From Candidatus Micrarchaeota archaeon (GTDB taxonomy: Archaea; Micrarchaeota; Micrarchaeia; Anstonellales; Bilamarchaeaceae), in the NCBI GenBank assembly GCA_038046765.1, contig JBBSVN010000007.1, positions 32,001 to 96,000 on the forward strand: a DNA stretch of 64,000 nt, given 5' to 3'. The position numbers and the translations under genes were made by a program. Every line of letters starts with the position of its first letter. Position 1 is the stretch's first letter. Below, in pieces: positions 46,749 through 57,291 of the stretch. The notes under the pieces were generated by a model, which saw nothing but the letters and a program-made list of their open reading frames with translations, did no database searches and was not told the DNA's origin.

Positions 46749-48473
46749 TTATTTAATAAACTCCCGATACCACTTCTCAAGTAAAAATAAGCTCCATAAT
46801 TGATACGCTTTTTTACTTGGTCTAAATCCTTTAAACTCTGCTAATTCTTTGCAAATACTTAGGTCAAGTCCTACTTCTTTTAGCATTGGTTTTTCCAAAT
46901 AATTCATTGCATAATTTAGAATATCCTTATTCTTAAACCAGAAAATAGGAGACGCACCAAATCCTTTCTTTGCCCTTGTCTTTGTTATTTTAGGGACAAG
47001 ATATTTTACTGCTTGTCGTAAAACGTACTTTCCAGTAAATCCATTTAGTTTTTGATCTAGTGGAATAGTCTTAGCAAATTGTATTACGCTATTATCTAAA
47101 AACGGAACCCGTCCTTCAACTGAAGCGCCAAGAGTTGCTTTGTCTGCTTTGTTTAGAAGTTGATGTGGCAAGAATTCATTAAACTCGAAATTCATTACAT
47201 TTTCAAGTGCATTGCCCTGTACTTTTTTGTAGCCATCTAAAACCTGGTCAGCATAAGAACTATTAAATCCGCCTATCCTAGTTCGCAAAGAATTTGGAAA
47301 CATTCGAATAAATTGTTCATATAAAAGGAAGCGTGCAAATTTCGGAATTGGAAGCGAATTAGAAAATGGTCTGTAACGCTCGTAACCAGCAAATAATTCA
47401 TCGCTACCTTCTCCAGATAAAACTACTTTAACGTGTTTACGTGCAAGACTCGAAACCAGATAAACAGGAAGACATGCACTATCCCAAGTTAAATCATCAT
47501 AATGATGCACTAGTTCGTCAATTTGCTTTGGGATATCCTCTGGTACAATCATTATTTCATGGTGGTTCGTTTCGAAATAATCCGAAACGATTTTAGCATA
47601 CTTTAATTCATCGCTCTCTTGTCCAAAACCAACTGTAAATGTTTCAATTGGTTTTTCGTTTTTAGTTTCCTTGTTAATTTCTGCCATGAGTCCAACAATT
47701 GTGCTTGAATCAATTCCTCCAGAAAGGAATGCCCCTAGTGGAACATCGCTCATTAATTGTGCGCGTACGGAATCTTTTAGTACAGAATATAAGTTTGCGT
47801 TTTGCGGAAGTTTTACTTTTTCAGGTGTGAATTTAGTTATTTCTAGTCTCTTGCCATCAAAGGTCAGGGTGTGTGAGGGAAGCAGCTTTTTTATTCCCTT
47901 AAACAATGTTTTATCTCCTAAAACTGTTCCAAAAGTTAGGTATGACGAAAGCGCTTCTCTATCTACTTCTGCCATTATTTCACCGCTTTCTAGTATGCAT
48001 TTAATTTCCGAACCGTAAATAAGTTTTCCATTAACAAATGCATAGTAAATCGGCTTTATTCCAATGCTATCTCGAGCTAAAACAAGTTTTTTCTTTTGCG
48101 TGTCATAGATAGAAATTGCGAACATTCCATTTAGTTTTGTGAATGCGGTCATGCCACAGTCTTCGTAAGCATGCAAAATCGTTTCAGTATCGCTTGAAGT
48201 AGAAAATTTGTGGCCTTTTTTTATTAATTCTTCCTTCAAGGAAAGGTAGTTATATATTTCTCCGTTAAAAGTAATTGCGATATTTTTATCTTCGTTCCAA
48301 ATAGGTTGGTCACCGGTTGACAAGTCTATTATACTAAGCCTTCTAAATCCAATGGAAATTTTGTCATCTACTAAATAGCCATCGCTATCTGGACCACGAT
48401 AAGAAATCTTATCTGTCATCTTTCTTATCAAGCTTTTATCAGCTAGACCGTAGATACCAGTAATGCCGCACAT
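46749..48473 (-). CDS. asnB: Asparagine synthase (glutamine-hydrolysing) family amidotransferase, probably glycan-modifying
   Basis: MCGITG, RGPD, RRLSIID, NGEIYN, LSGGIDS, SGEGSDE, VEGRVPFLD. Confidence 0.93.
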   Translation of the reverse strand: MCGITGIYGLADKSLIRKMTDKISYRGPDSDGYLVDDKISIGFRRLSIIDLSTGDQPIWNEDKNIAITFNGEIYNYLSLKEELIKKGHKFSTSSDTETILHAYEDCGMTAFTKLNGMFAISIYDTQKKKLVLARDSIGIKPIYYAFVNGKLIYGSEIKCILESGEIMAEVDREALSSYLTFGTVLGDKTLFKGIKKLLPSHTLTFDGKRLEITKFTPEKVKLPQNANLYSVLKDSVRAQLMSDVPLGAFLSGGIDSSTIVGLMAEINKETKNEKPIETFTVGFGQESDELKYAKIVSDYFETNHHEIMIVPEDIPKQIDELVHHYDDLTWDSACLPVYLVSSLARKHVKVVLSGEGSDELFAGYERYRPFSNSLPIPKFARFLLYEQFIRMFPNSLRTRIGGFNSSYADQVLDGYKKVQGNALENVMNFEFNEFLPHQLLNKADKATLGASVEGRVPFLDNSVIQFAKTIPLDQKLNGFTGKYVLRQAVKYLVPKITKTRAKKGFGASPIFWFKNKDILNYAMNYLEKPMLKEVGLDLSICKELAEFKGFRPSKKAYQLWSLFLLEKWYREFIK

Positions 48474-48597
48474 AAACTAAATAGGGAAAAAAAGAACTAT
48501 AAATAGATATTGCAATCGCTTAAATGATTATATAATGATCAAAATTTCATTTATCTATCTTTAAAAACTGCTTGTAGCTTAATTTTTTATTGATTAA

Positions 48598-49065
48598 ATG
48601 TCTCATAAAACAATAATTTATGACTCAGTTAGTTCTCGATTGCGAGTTCAAACAATGCCCGATACAAAAGTAACTGATCGGCTTAGGAATTTTAGAAATC
48701 GTTTTTCTGGTAAAATCGATCAATCAAAAGAAGGTCCACATCATTCCTTTGAATTTTTAGGTAATCTCTTTTTGTTACTGCGATCTGAAACTACCGAAGC
48801 TTACGCTTTAGTACAAAGATTTAAGTTTGATGATAATGGTGTTATCGTGCTATGTAATGCAAATATTTTTGAAGTGATTTTGCCAAAATATCCTCCCCAT
48901 AGAATAGTAAACGATGGCATTTTGCATATAAAACTTCAAGAAATTGATTTAAGTGACCTTGTAATGTGTTTTGTTGACCGAGTAATTGCTAATTTAGATT
49001 CGAATCCCGAGTTTGAAAGATTCTTTAGAACACATCCGGGGATTTTAGAAAAGATGGGTGTCTAA
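48598..49065 (+). CDS. hypothetical protein
   Basis: 155-aa orphan ORF. Confidence 0.5.
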   Translation: MSHKTIIYDSVSSRLRVQTMPDTKVTDRLRNFRNRFSGKIDQSKEGPHHSFEFLGNLFLLLRSETTEAYALVQRFKFDDNGVIVLCNANIFEVILPKYPPHRIVNDGILHIKLQEIDLSDLVMCFVDRVIANLDSNPEFERFFRTHPGILEKMGV

Positions 49066-49120
49066 TTAGCGGATACATTACCAAGATAACATTTTAAATG
49101 CAAAAGTGAGAACTAATCTT

Positions 49121-50251
49121 ATGCGTATTTGTTTTGTTGACTTATTCATGGATTTAGAATGTAGCGGAGGCAGTATGCACAGTCTTGACCTATACGCTAC
49201 AAAACTAGCCGAGCGCGGGCATGAAGTTTCTATACTAACATTTTATCCAAAGCGTAATATCGGTTTTGATCGAACAAAAAAACCATATAAAATAATTGAA
49301 GATCCTTTAGATATCAAAAGTCATATTGATTTAACACTTACGCTAAAGGATAAATTAAAAAAATACGAAAAAAAGTTTGACATTTACCATATGCATGATC
49401 CAAGGTTGCTTCTTGGTGCAGCACTATATAGAAAGTTTGATGGCAAAATACCTGTTGTAGGGGATCTAAATACATACCTATTTTACCGAAAGAATTTTGG
49501 AGCTACAGATATAATTACCCTTCCAATAAGATTTCTACATAAACAGCGATTACGCTTAATCGATAAATATTGTGATTTACTATTCCCCGTTAGCCCCTAT
49601 GTTGAAAATATCTATCGTGAGTATGGGATACGAAAAGAAAAACTTTTCATGATTGGGGACGGGTTTGATTTTAGTAAGTCTAAACTAGCCAAGCGATCGG
49701 ACAAAAAAGAAAATTCATTTCGTTTACTATATTTAGGTCGGCTTGAGCATACTAAAGGAGTTGATCTAATTATAAGGGCGTTGTCCTTAGTAAACAAGCC
49801 ATTAATTAGTCTGGATATTGCTGGAGATGGTCCTGAAAAAGAAAAATTAGTTGAATTAGCTAAAAAACTTGGGATAGAAAAACAGGTAACATTCCATGGA
49901 TTTATAACCAATGAAAAAATGTACAATTTATTTGCAAAATGCGATGTTTTTATTCATGCTCCCCGATGGGAAGAGGCATTTGGACGGGCAATAGTTGATG
50001 CCATGTATGCTGGTTTACCTGTAATTGTTGCGGATATTGGCGGGTGTCCCTGGGTAGCTGGCGAAGGCGGGTTAAAATTTAAAAGCGAGGATGAACTTGA
50101 ACTAGCTAAGAAGATTGACTTACTTTATTTTGACATTAAACTTAGGGAAAAGTTATCTGAAGCTGGTATCGAGCGTGCAAAATATTTCGATGTTAAAAAT
50201 ACAATTGATAAATTTGAAGAAGCTTATAATAAGCTAGCTGGTGGCAAGTAG
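49121..50251 (+). CDS. Glycosyltransferase family 4
   Basis: GRLEHTKG, AGDGPE, WEEAFGRAIVDAMYAGLPVI. Confidence 0.92.
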   Translation: MRICFVDLFMDLECSGGSMHSLDLYATKLAERGHEVSILTFYPKRNIGFDRTKKPYKIIEDPLDIKSHIDLTLTLKDKLKKYEKKFDIYHMHDPRLLLGAALYRKFDGKIPVVGDLNTYLFYRKNFGATDIITLPIRFLHKQRLRLIDKYCDLLFPVSPYVENIYREYGIRKEKLFMIGDGFDFSKSKLAKRSDKKENSFRLLYLGRLEHTKGVDLIIRALSLVNKPLISLDIAGDGPEKEKLVELAKKLGIEKQVTFHGFITNEKMYNLFAKCDVFIHAPRWEEAFGRAIVDAMYAGLPVIVADIGGCPWVAGEGGLKFKSEDELELAKKIDLLYFDIKLREKLSEAGIERAKYFDVKNTIDKFEEAYNKLAGGK

Positions 50252-50559
50252 TAAGTAGCTTGTAACTATGAATTATGTTTGCTATCCAAAATAACAAACT
50301 CCAACAAACTCGCACTAACGAATTGGATGGCGAACGAAAGCTCCTAAGGAATTAATTTGCGTAATTTAGTTGGAATGGTATAGTTACCACGGTCACTTGC
50401 TACGGACTAATTTTAATCAACCTCTATATCAAAAATTATATGGATAGTTAATCGCAAACGCATTTTATGCTTAGTTTAGTGGTAAAAGAAGGGTTTATAT
50501 ATTGTTTTAACCACTATATTATCACTATCTAATTACTCATTTAACTTTGGTGATCCTTA

Positions 50560-51900
50560 ATGACAAATTTAAAAGGTAAAAAACTTGTTTTCGCAGCATC
50601 TATGAATGGCGGAGCTGCTGCATTAGCTCCAGTTATAAGAAATTTACACACTAATCATGTTGGCGTAAGTACTCTTTCTTCTGATGCGGTTTCTAAAACT
50701 TTTGATAGTGCAGGGGTAAAACATGAGGTATTACCAAACAGTATATCTGATGCTAGCCTTAGAACTGCAGTTTTGAATGCTGATCCAGATATCATAGTTA
50801 CAGGAACTCAAATTCAGAGCAAAGCAAGTCCATTAACTTTAGAACAAAGATTATGGAAAATAACACATGATTTAGGTATCCCATCAGTTGCTCTTTTGGA
50901 TGCTCGCTCAAATACCGTAGCACGATTTAGTGAATTGGACACCTCCACAGATGCAGAAGTTGGCCCTATCCTAAGGCAAGTGGTACTACTTCCTACCTCT
51001 ATTGCGGTTTTAGATGAAGTACAAAAGCAAAGTATGGTTGCCCAAGGCTTTGATGCAAGTATGCTAATAGTAACAGGAAGTCCTGATTTAGAAACAACAT
51101 TTGAAACTGTGATGAAATTAAGTCCTGCAACAAGGCAAGAGTTATTATCAAAACCTGTTTTTGCTAGTTTCAATAAAGACCCTAATGCAAAATTCGTAGT
51201 TTTACTTAGTGATTCTTTTGATAAAGCAACATGGGGATTTGATGAAAAAGGCGTTATGGAAGATGTTTTGAAAGCACTCGCTTTAGCATCGGTTTCGATA
51301 GGTAAAATAAACCTTCTAGTTCGTCCTCATCCTTTTAGGAGTCAGGATGCAAAAGCTGCTTTTGATTCCATAGATACAAACACAACTTTAAATGGTTCAT
51401 CAAGGTTAGCAAAAGTATTACACAATCCAGTAAGCGCACGTGGAAGCGATCCAGCAAATGATTATGATTTAGATTCTCTTTTGTACTTTGCTGATGTTGT
51501 TATTGGAACATGCAATAATCCACTAGTTAATGCTGCAATCGCAAGAACTGCAAAACGAACTAAGAACCTTGACGCACTATTGCTTTTTGATCAAGAACAT
51601 CCGCCATTAAAGTTTGTTGATAAATCAGGTTCACTCTCATTTCCAGCCATACCTGCTTTAGCCAAAGAAACTCCATTAGTAATTCAGTATATGCCTGGTT
51701 TAAAACCTGAAAAAGAAGGAGATGAAAGTCAGGCGTTTTTAGCTGAATTAGGTGCTGCCGCAAGAATGGTAACAAAAGATCAAGGTCTTTTTACCAGACT
51801 AATCATAGGTGCGTTTGATGGAAGTTTAGTCCAAAAACCATATCAGGCCGCAGTCGGAGCAACACAAAGGGTAATTAGTTTAATTGAATCCCTCGTTTAA
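50560..51900 (+). CDS. GT-B fold protein (UDP-GlcNAc 2-epimerase/TagF-like or nonulosonate transferase-like)
   Basis: DPDIIVTG, IVTGSPD, LLVRPHP, LLYFADVVIG. Confidence 0.55.
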   Translation: MTNLKGKKLVFAASMNGGAAALAPVIRNLHTNHVGVSTLSSDAVSKTFDSAGVKHEVLPNSISDASLRTAVLNADPDIIVTGTQIQSKASPLTLEQRLWKITHDLGIPSVALLDARSNTVARFSELDTSTDAEVGPILRQVVLLPTSIAVLDEVQKQSMVAQGFDASMLIVTGSPDLETTFETVMKLSPATRQELLSKPVFASFNKDPNAKFVVLLSDSFDKATWGFDEKGVMEDVLKALALASVSIGKINLLVRPHPFRSQDAKAAFDSIDTNTTLNGSSRLAKVLHNPVSARGSDPANDYDLDSLLYFADVVIGTCNNPLVNAAIARTAKRTKNLDALLLFDQEHPPLKFVDKSGSLSFPAIPALAKETPLVIQYMPGLKPEKEGDESQAFLAELGAAARMVTKDQGLFTRLIIGAFDGSLVQKPYQAAVGATQRVISLIESLV

Positions 51901-51979
51901 TCCATTCTTTAGTTTTTCCTTCTATTTTTTAAATTCTTAGTTAGAAGAAATATGTCTATATATAATTTGGTGCTTACTT

Positions 51980-53473
51980 ATGAAAAAAATATTTTTCTTC
52001 TTTAACTGGGAGTTTACTCATCTATGTCATGCCTTTGCAATACAGCTAAATAATACTTATTCAGGGAAGTTTGAATTTTGCGGATTTGTCGCCCAAAAGA
52101 AAGACTTAGATTTTCTTAATTCTCAAAACGAGGTAAAATATTCCAGTCTTGGATCTGTTCCTGATGCATTTGCAAAATATAAAAGCGAAGTTGTGGATGA
52201 AAAATATATCGAAGAACTAGAAAAGAAATATGGTATGCCAAATTTATGGCCATTTATATATGCTGATCGAGATTTAGTTTTATACAATAAAAATTCTAAA
52301 TATTCTAATGATGACTACCTTAAGATTACCCAAGCATACTTTAGATACATAGAGAAAATGCTCTCTGAAGCGAAGCCAGATTGCGTTGTAATTGATGTTG
52401 TTGCTTCAATGCCTTGCCACGTATTATTTTGGGTTGCTAAAAAAATGGGCATAAAAGTTCTTTTATTTAATTCAACAAGAACAGCCAGTTGGATAACTTT
52501 TGCAGAAACTCCTTTTGATGAGATTCAAAATTCATACGACAAATTTGATGAACTTCGGGCAAAAAAATCATTTGGTGAAAATGAAAATAAAGCAAGGGAT
52601 TTTATAACTCAATTTAGAGAAACAGGAGTTAAACCAGAATATTTGACAGCCACGCAAAAAGGTATCAAATCCAATTCGTCTGTTTTTTCCCAATTATCTA
52701 AAATTGCAAGGGTACCAGAATATTTATTTCAGTATTATTTTGGAAGATATAAAGATGATCCAGCTTTTAAGGGCAGGGATCTAACAAAAGTAATGCAGGA
52801 TAAAATCACAAACAAATTTAGAAAAATATATCTAGAGCGCTCGGAAATCTTCAAACAGCCAAACTATGAAGAAAAATATGTTTTTTTTCCGCTTCACTAC
52901 GAGCCTGAAACTGCTACTATGATCATGGCTCCAATGTATATTGATCAGATTGCAGTAATTGAAAATATTTCCAAAAGCCTGCCACTAAATTACAAACTAT
53001 ATGTTAAAGAACATCCGGTCATGGCTGCCCTTGGTATGCGGGATTTCTCTTATTACGAGCGCTTAATGAAAATTCCGAACATCGTTCTAATCGACCCAAG
53101 AATAAACTCAAAAGAACTTATAAAAAGTTGCAAGATTCTAATCACGATAACTGGTACGGCGGGATGGGAAGCAATCCTGTTCAAAAAACCAGCAATAACT
53201 CTTGGAAGTGTTTTCTATAATAAAATGGAAATGGTCAAAAAATGTAAAAGCTACAATGACCTACCTTATCTGGTAAAAGACGTCCTAGAAAATTACAAAC
53301 ACGATGAGGATGAGCTTATAACTTTTCTATCCGCAATTTTTGAAACCTCATTTAGCGCCAGGTTCTATGAAATGAATGGGCAAGCTTATGTTGTTGATTA
53401 TAAAGACATTTTAAAGCATCCTGATTTTCCAATTGTCTTTGATTTCTTCTTTAGGCATTTGCCTACTAAATAA
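51980..53473 (+). CDS. Capsule polysaccharide biosynthesis (KpsS/LipB-like) glycosyltransferase
   Basis: FFPLHYEPE, YVKEHP, TGTAGWEA..KP. Confidence 0.8.
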   Translation: MKKIFFFFNWEFTHLCHAFAIQLNNTYSGKFEFCGFVAQKKDLDFLNSQNEVKYSSLGSVPDAFAKYKSEVVDEKYIEELEKKYGMPNLWPFIYADRDLVLYNKNSKYSNDDYLKITQAYFRYIEKMLSEAKPDCVVIDVVASMPCHVLFWVAKKMGIKVLLFNSTRTASWITFAETPFDEIQNSYDKFDELRAKKSFGENENKARDFITQFRETGVKPEYLTATQKGIKSNSSVFSQLSKIARVPEYLFQYYFGRYKDDPAFKGRDLTKVMQDKITNKFRKIYLERSEIFKQPNYEEKYVFFPLHYEPETATMIMAPMYIDQIAVIENISKSLPLNYKLYVKEHPVMAALGMRDFSYYERLMKIPNIVLIDPRINSKELIKSCKILITITGTAGWEAILFKKPAITLGSVFYNKMEMVKKCKSYNDLPYLVKDVLENYKHDEDELITFLSAIFETSFSARFYEMNGQAYVVDYKDILKHPDFPIVFDFFFRHLPTK

Positions 53474-53508
53474 AAATGCTTCTATAAACAATAATATACA
53501 GTGATTTT

Positions 53509-54537
53509 GTGGTAAATGATTCGATATTCAAAGGTAAAACGATTCTGATTACGGGCGGGACTGGAAGTGTCGGCTCAGCACTAGTTAAAGAACTACTAAA
53601 GCACGAGCCATCTGCTATTCGGATTTTTGATCAGGATGAAACAAAACAGTTTGAAATGATGCATAAATTAAACCGTGATGATGTTTTGCGTTTTTTCCTT
53701 GGTGATGTTCGGGATAAAGATCGTTTATTAAGAGCGTTTAGTCACGTGGATATCGTATTTCACTGTGCAGCCTTAAAACATGTCCAATCGTCAGAATATA
53801 ATCCTTTTGAAACTGTCAAAACAAATGTTCTTGGGACACAAAATGTTGTTGATGCTGCGCTCGATACGAATGTGCAAAAAGTCATTTTAACAAGCAGCGA
53901 TAAGGCAGTTAATCCAACAAATGTTATGGGTGCCAGTAAGCTCTTATCGGAAAGACTTATCACATCTGCTAATTATTACAAAGGAGCGCGAAAAACCGTT
54001 CTTTCAAGCGTAAGGTTTGGAAATGTCTTAGGTTCACGCGGTTCAGTGATGCCTCTGTTTAAAAAACAGATAAAAAAAGGGGGTCCACTTACAGTAACCA
54101 ATTCAGATATGACTCGTTTTGTAATGACTCCCGAGCATACAGTTAAACTCTTATTTAAAGCAACAGAAATCGCGCAGGGCGGGGAAATATTTGTTCTTAA
54201 AATGCCTGTTTTAAAAGTTGGCGATTTAGCTGATTCGATGATTGAAAAATACTCTAAAGGTAAACCAATCGCGAAAAAAATGATTGGAACTCTTCCCGGA
54301 GAGAAGATGTATGAAGAATTAATGACTGATCATGAATCAAAACACGCATTAGAGTCTGAGGATATGTTTATCATTCTCCCAGAGATGCGGGATTACGTCT
54401 CATTTCTTAAGGAAAATAAATATGGTGCCAAAGCGACAAATGCAAAATCATATTCTTCAAATGATGTTAAACTTTTGTCCAAGCCTGAAATTAAAAAAAT
54501 GCTTGAAGAAGTAGAATCCTATTATAAGAGAAAATAA
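53509..54537 (+). CDS. UDP-GlcNAc 4,6-dehydratase (PseB/CapD/FnlA family)
   Basis: TGGTGSVG, GDVRD, AALKHV, SDKAVNP.NVMGASK, VRFGNVLGSRGSV, MTRF, PGEKMYE. Confidence 0.92.
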   Translation: MVNDSIFKGKTILITGGTGSVGSALVKELLKHEPSAIRIFDQDETKQFEMMHKLNRDDVLRFFLGDVRDKDRLLRAFSHVDIVFHCAALKHVQSSEYNPFETVKTNVLGTQNVVDAALDTNVQKVILTSSDKAVNPTNVMGASKLLSERLITSANYYKGARKTVLSSVRFGNVLGSRGSVMPLFKKQIKKGGPLTVTNSDMTRFVMTPEHTVKLLFKATEIAQGGEIFVLKMPVLKVGDLADSMIEKYSKGKPIAKKMIGTLPGEKMYEELMTDHESKHALESEDMFIILPEMRDYVSFLKENKYGAKATNAKSYSSNDVKLLSKPEIKKMLEEVESYYKRK

Positions 54538-54553
54538 GAAAAGTGGCAAACCT

Positions 54554-54859
54554 ATGGCACTAATTGCTAAAGCACAAATTCTAGAAAAACTTAAAGAAGT
54601 TATAGATCCAGAACTAAACATAAATATTGTTGACTTAGGGCTTGTTTACGATGTCTGGGTAGAAAGCGAAAAAATTGTCCATATCAAGGTAACTATGACT
54701 ACTCCCATGTGCCCCATGCTAGGAGAAATACTAGAAGAAATAAAACAAAAATTATCTATTTTTAAGTTCGAGGAAATTGACACAGTAGTAGTCTGGGATC
54801 CCCCATGGACCCCGGAAAAAATGAGCGAAGAAGCAAAGGCGATGGTTGGGATATTCTAG
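54554..54859 (+). CDS. Metal-sulfur cluster assembly factor (DUF59/SufT/PaaD-like)
   Basis: VIDPEL.INIVDLGLVY, MTTPMCP, WDPPWTPEKMS. Confidence 0.93.
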   Translation: MALIAKAQILEKLKEVIDPELNINIVDLGLVYDVWVESEKIVHIKVTMTTPMCPMLGEILEEIKQKLSIFKFEEIDTVVVWDPPWTPEKMSEEAKAMVGIF

Positions 54860-54882
54860 GCTTGTACTATATTATCCCTTTT

Positions 54883-55383
54883 TTATCTTTCTATTAGCCT
54901 AAGCATATCATATTCTTCAAACTTATAACTATTTACGGTTAATGAGGCATCCCAAGCGCTTATTAATTTTCCAAATTTGTTTCGAATATCGCTTGTTATC
55001 TTTCCTAGTTCTATCGCATCACGTGAGATTAGTACAACTGTAAGATCGTACGCACCTGAAAGCGAAAGTATCTCAACAATATGGGGATGATTCTTCAGGT
55101 ACGCGATAAATCTGTCCATTTCTTTTTCATCAGCATACTGCAGTTTAATTTTTACTTCAACTACGTTAGCAAAACCAAAATTTCTTGGACGCAGCTGGAT
55201 TTTTGGATAGAATACTTTATTTGCAATCATTTTGTCCATGCGTTTTTTTACAGAATCAATCGAAAGTCCAACTTCATTCGCAATTTTTGTAAGTGGTATA
55301 CGACAGTTCTTTTGCAACAAATCTAATATTTTACAATCTTTTTCATCTATTAAATATGTACTTATTTTGGTTTTTTCGTTCAT
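54883..55383 (-). CDS. Lrp/AsnC family transcriptional regulator
   Basis: DEKDCKILDLLQKNCRIPLTKIANEVGLS..V..R; C-terminal SGAYD. Confidence 0.92.
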   Translation of the reverse strand: MNEKTKISTYLIDEKDCKILDLLQKNCRIPLTKIANEVGLSIDSVKKRMDKMIANKVFYPKIQLRPRNFGFANVVEVKIKLQYADEKEMDRFIAYLKNHPHIVEILSLSGAYDLTVVLISRDAIELGKITSDIRNKFGKLISAWDASLTVNSYKFEEYDMLRLIER

Positions 55384-55488
55384 ATGACCTAAAAAACAGA
55401 GTAAATATTAAAATCTATCTTAAAATTTAAGACAAAAATAGCATATACTATATAAATATCCTAAGATAAATCGTATTAAGGTGAAAAT

Positions 55489-56625
55489 ATGAGAAATTGT
55501 ACACGATGCTTATTACCCGAAACCCAGGAAACGATAACTTACGATGAAGAAGGAGTTTGTAATGTTTGCAAGCAAAACGAATACAAAAAAGAAAAGGTAG
55601 ATTGGGTAGCTAGGAAAAAAGAATTTGAAAGTATTCTCGAAAATCACAGGGGCAAATATGAATATGATTGCATTGTTCCATTTAGTGGAGGAAAAGATAG
55701 TACATTTACTCTTTATCATCTTGTTAAAGAATACAAGCTAAAACCTCTTGTAGTCTGCTTTGATCATGGTTTTTTAAGGCCACAAACAGTTGCTAATACT
55801 GAAATGGTTGTAAAAAAACTTGGTGTTGATTTTCTAAAATTTAGGCCAAACTGGCAGATTGTAAAAAAATTAATGTTAGAATCACTCAAACGAAAAGGAG
55901 ATTTCTGTTGGCACTGCCACGTCGGGATATTCTCCTATCCGATGCAAATTGCAGTCAAATTCAAAGTACCTTTATTAATTTGGGGCGAACCAAGTGCGGA
56001 ATACACTAGCTATTATGATTATAGCAAGCCTGAAGAAGTTGATGAATTACGATTTAACAAATACGTAAATTTAGGGATAACTGCGGAAGATATGGAAGGA
56101 ATGCTTAATGACACAAACATAACGCTGCGGGATCTTGAACCATTTAGGTATCCTTCTTTAGAATCACTTCGTGCAATTAAATGCAGGTCTATTTGTTTGG
56201 GTAGTTTTATGCCATGGGACACTAAAAATCAATCAGATATAATTGCTAAAGAACTAGGATGGAAAGGAAGCAAAGTTGAAGGAATCCCAGAAAGTTATTA
56301 CTATGAAAAAGTTGAGTGTTATGTTCAGGGAGTAAGGGATTATTTAAAATACATCAAAAGAGGTTTTGGAAGAACCTCTCACTTAATGAGTCTGGATCTA
56401 AGAAATAAGAGAATAACTGTTGATGAAGCCAAAAAACTCATAGAAAAATACGATGGTAAAAGACCAGCGAGTTTAGATGTATTTTTAAAATACGTAGGAC
56501 TTACGGAAGACGAGTTTAATGAACTCGCAGCAAGACACGTTGTAAGTCCGCATGTTTTTGATCCTAAGAAAATTAAAAAAGGAGATAAACTGCCTGATTA
56601 TGAACAGTGGGATAAGACAATATAA
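55489..56625 (+). CDS. N-acetyl sugar amidotransferase (WbuX/PseA/WbpG family)
   Basis: CTRCLLP..C..C, YDCIVPFSGGKDS PP-loop, WGE, K.GFGR. Confidence 0.9.
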   Translation: MRNCTRCLLPETQETITYDEEGVCNVCKQNEYKKEKVDWVARKKEFESILENHRGKYEYDCIVPFSGGKDSTFTLYHLVKEYKLKPLVVCFDHGFLRPQTVANTEMVVKKLGVDFLKFRPNWQIVKKLMLESLKRKGDFCWHCHVGIFSYPMQIAVKFKVPLLIWGEPSAEYTSYYDYSKPEEVDELRFNKYVNLGITAEDMEGMLNDTNITLRDLEPFRYPSLESLRAIKCRSICLGSFMPWDTKNQSDIIAKELGWKGSKVEGIPESYYYEKVECYVQGVRDYLKYIKRGFGRTSHLMSLDLRNKRITVDEAKKLIEKYDGKRPASLDVFLKYVGLTEDEFNELAARHVVSPHVFDPKKIKKGDKLPDYEQWDKTI

Positions 56626-56654
56626 TTAATTTTTAATCTGGTTGAGGTAACTTC

Positions 56655-57269
56655 ATGATAACTATAATAGATTATGGTTTAGGCAATTTGCGTTCAGTAA
56701 GTAAAGCATTTTTCTTAATGGGGGCAGAAGTTGTGATCTCAAATAAAATAGAAGATATCGCAAACGCCGAAAAACTGGTTCTTCCTGGAGTTGGTGCTTT
56801 TGGGGATGGGATGAAAAATCTAAGAGAAAGCGGGCTTGACAAGATATTATCCGATGAAGTTGTTATTAAGAAAAAGCCAATTATTGGTCTTTGTTTAGGG
56901 ATGCAGTTATTAGCTAAAAACAGCACCGAACTAGGGTTTAATCTGGGTTTAGGATTTATTAATGCAGAAGTAAAAATACTCGAATCTCAATCGCATAAAT
57001 TCAAGATTCCACATGTTGGCTGGAACGAAGTTTCACCTAAACTAGATGCATTACTGTTTAAAGACCTTCAAGAACCAAGTTTTTACTTTGTACACAGCTA
57101 CCAAGTAGTTTGCAAAGACCCCGCTATAGTCGCAGCAACATGCAATTACGGACATGAGTTTACTGCGGCTGTGCAACAAGATAATATTTTTGGAGTCCAG
57201 TTCCATCCTGAAAAAAGCCAGAAAGATGGGCTCAAGTTGATTGAAAATTTTATAAATTTAAAATTATGA
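56655..57269 (+). CDS. HisH-like glutamine amidotransferase (WbuY-type)
   Basis: DYGLGNL, LPGVGAF, CLGMQ, PHVGWN, YFVHSY, QFHPEKS; located next to wbuX-like gene. Confidence 0.9.
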   Translation: MITIIDYGLGNLRSVSKAFFLMGAEVVISNKIEDIANAEKLVLPGVGAFGDGMKNLRESGLDKILSDEVVIKKKPIIGLCLGMQLLAKNSTELGFNLGLGFINAEVKILESQSHKFKIPHVGWNEVSPKLDALLFKDLQEPSFYFVHSYQVVCKDPAIVAATCNYGHEFTAAVQQDNIFGVQFHPEKSQKDGLKLIENFINLKL

Positions 57270-57291
57270 TTTGTTGTGATCGGTTATCTTT

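Noticed and set aside
50344..50406. AbrB/MazE-like remnant (SVASDRGNYTIPTKLRKLIP, minus strand)
   Set aside because: Only 20 codons with no start; too short to support.
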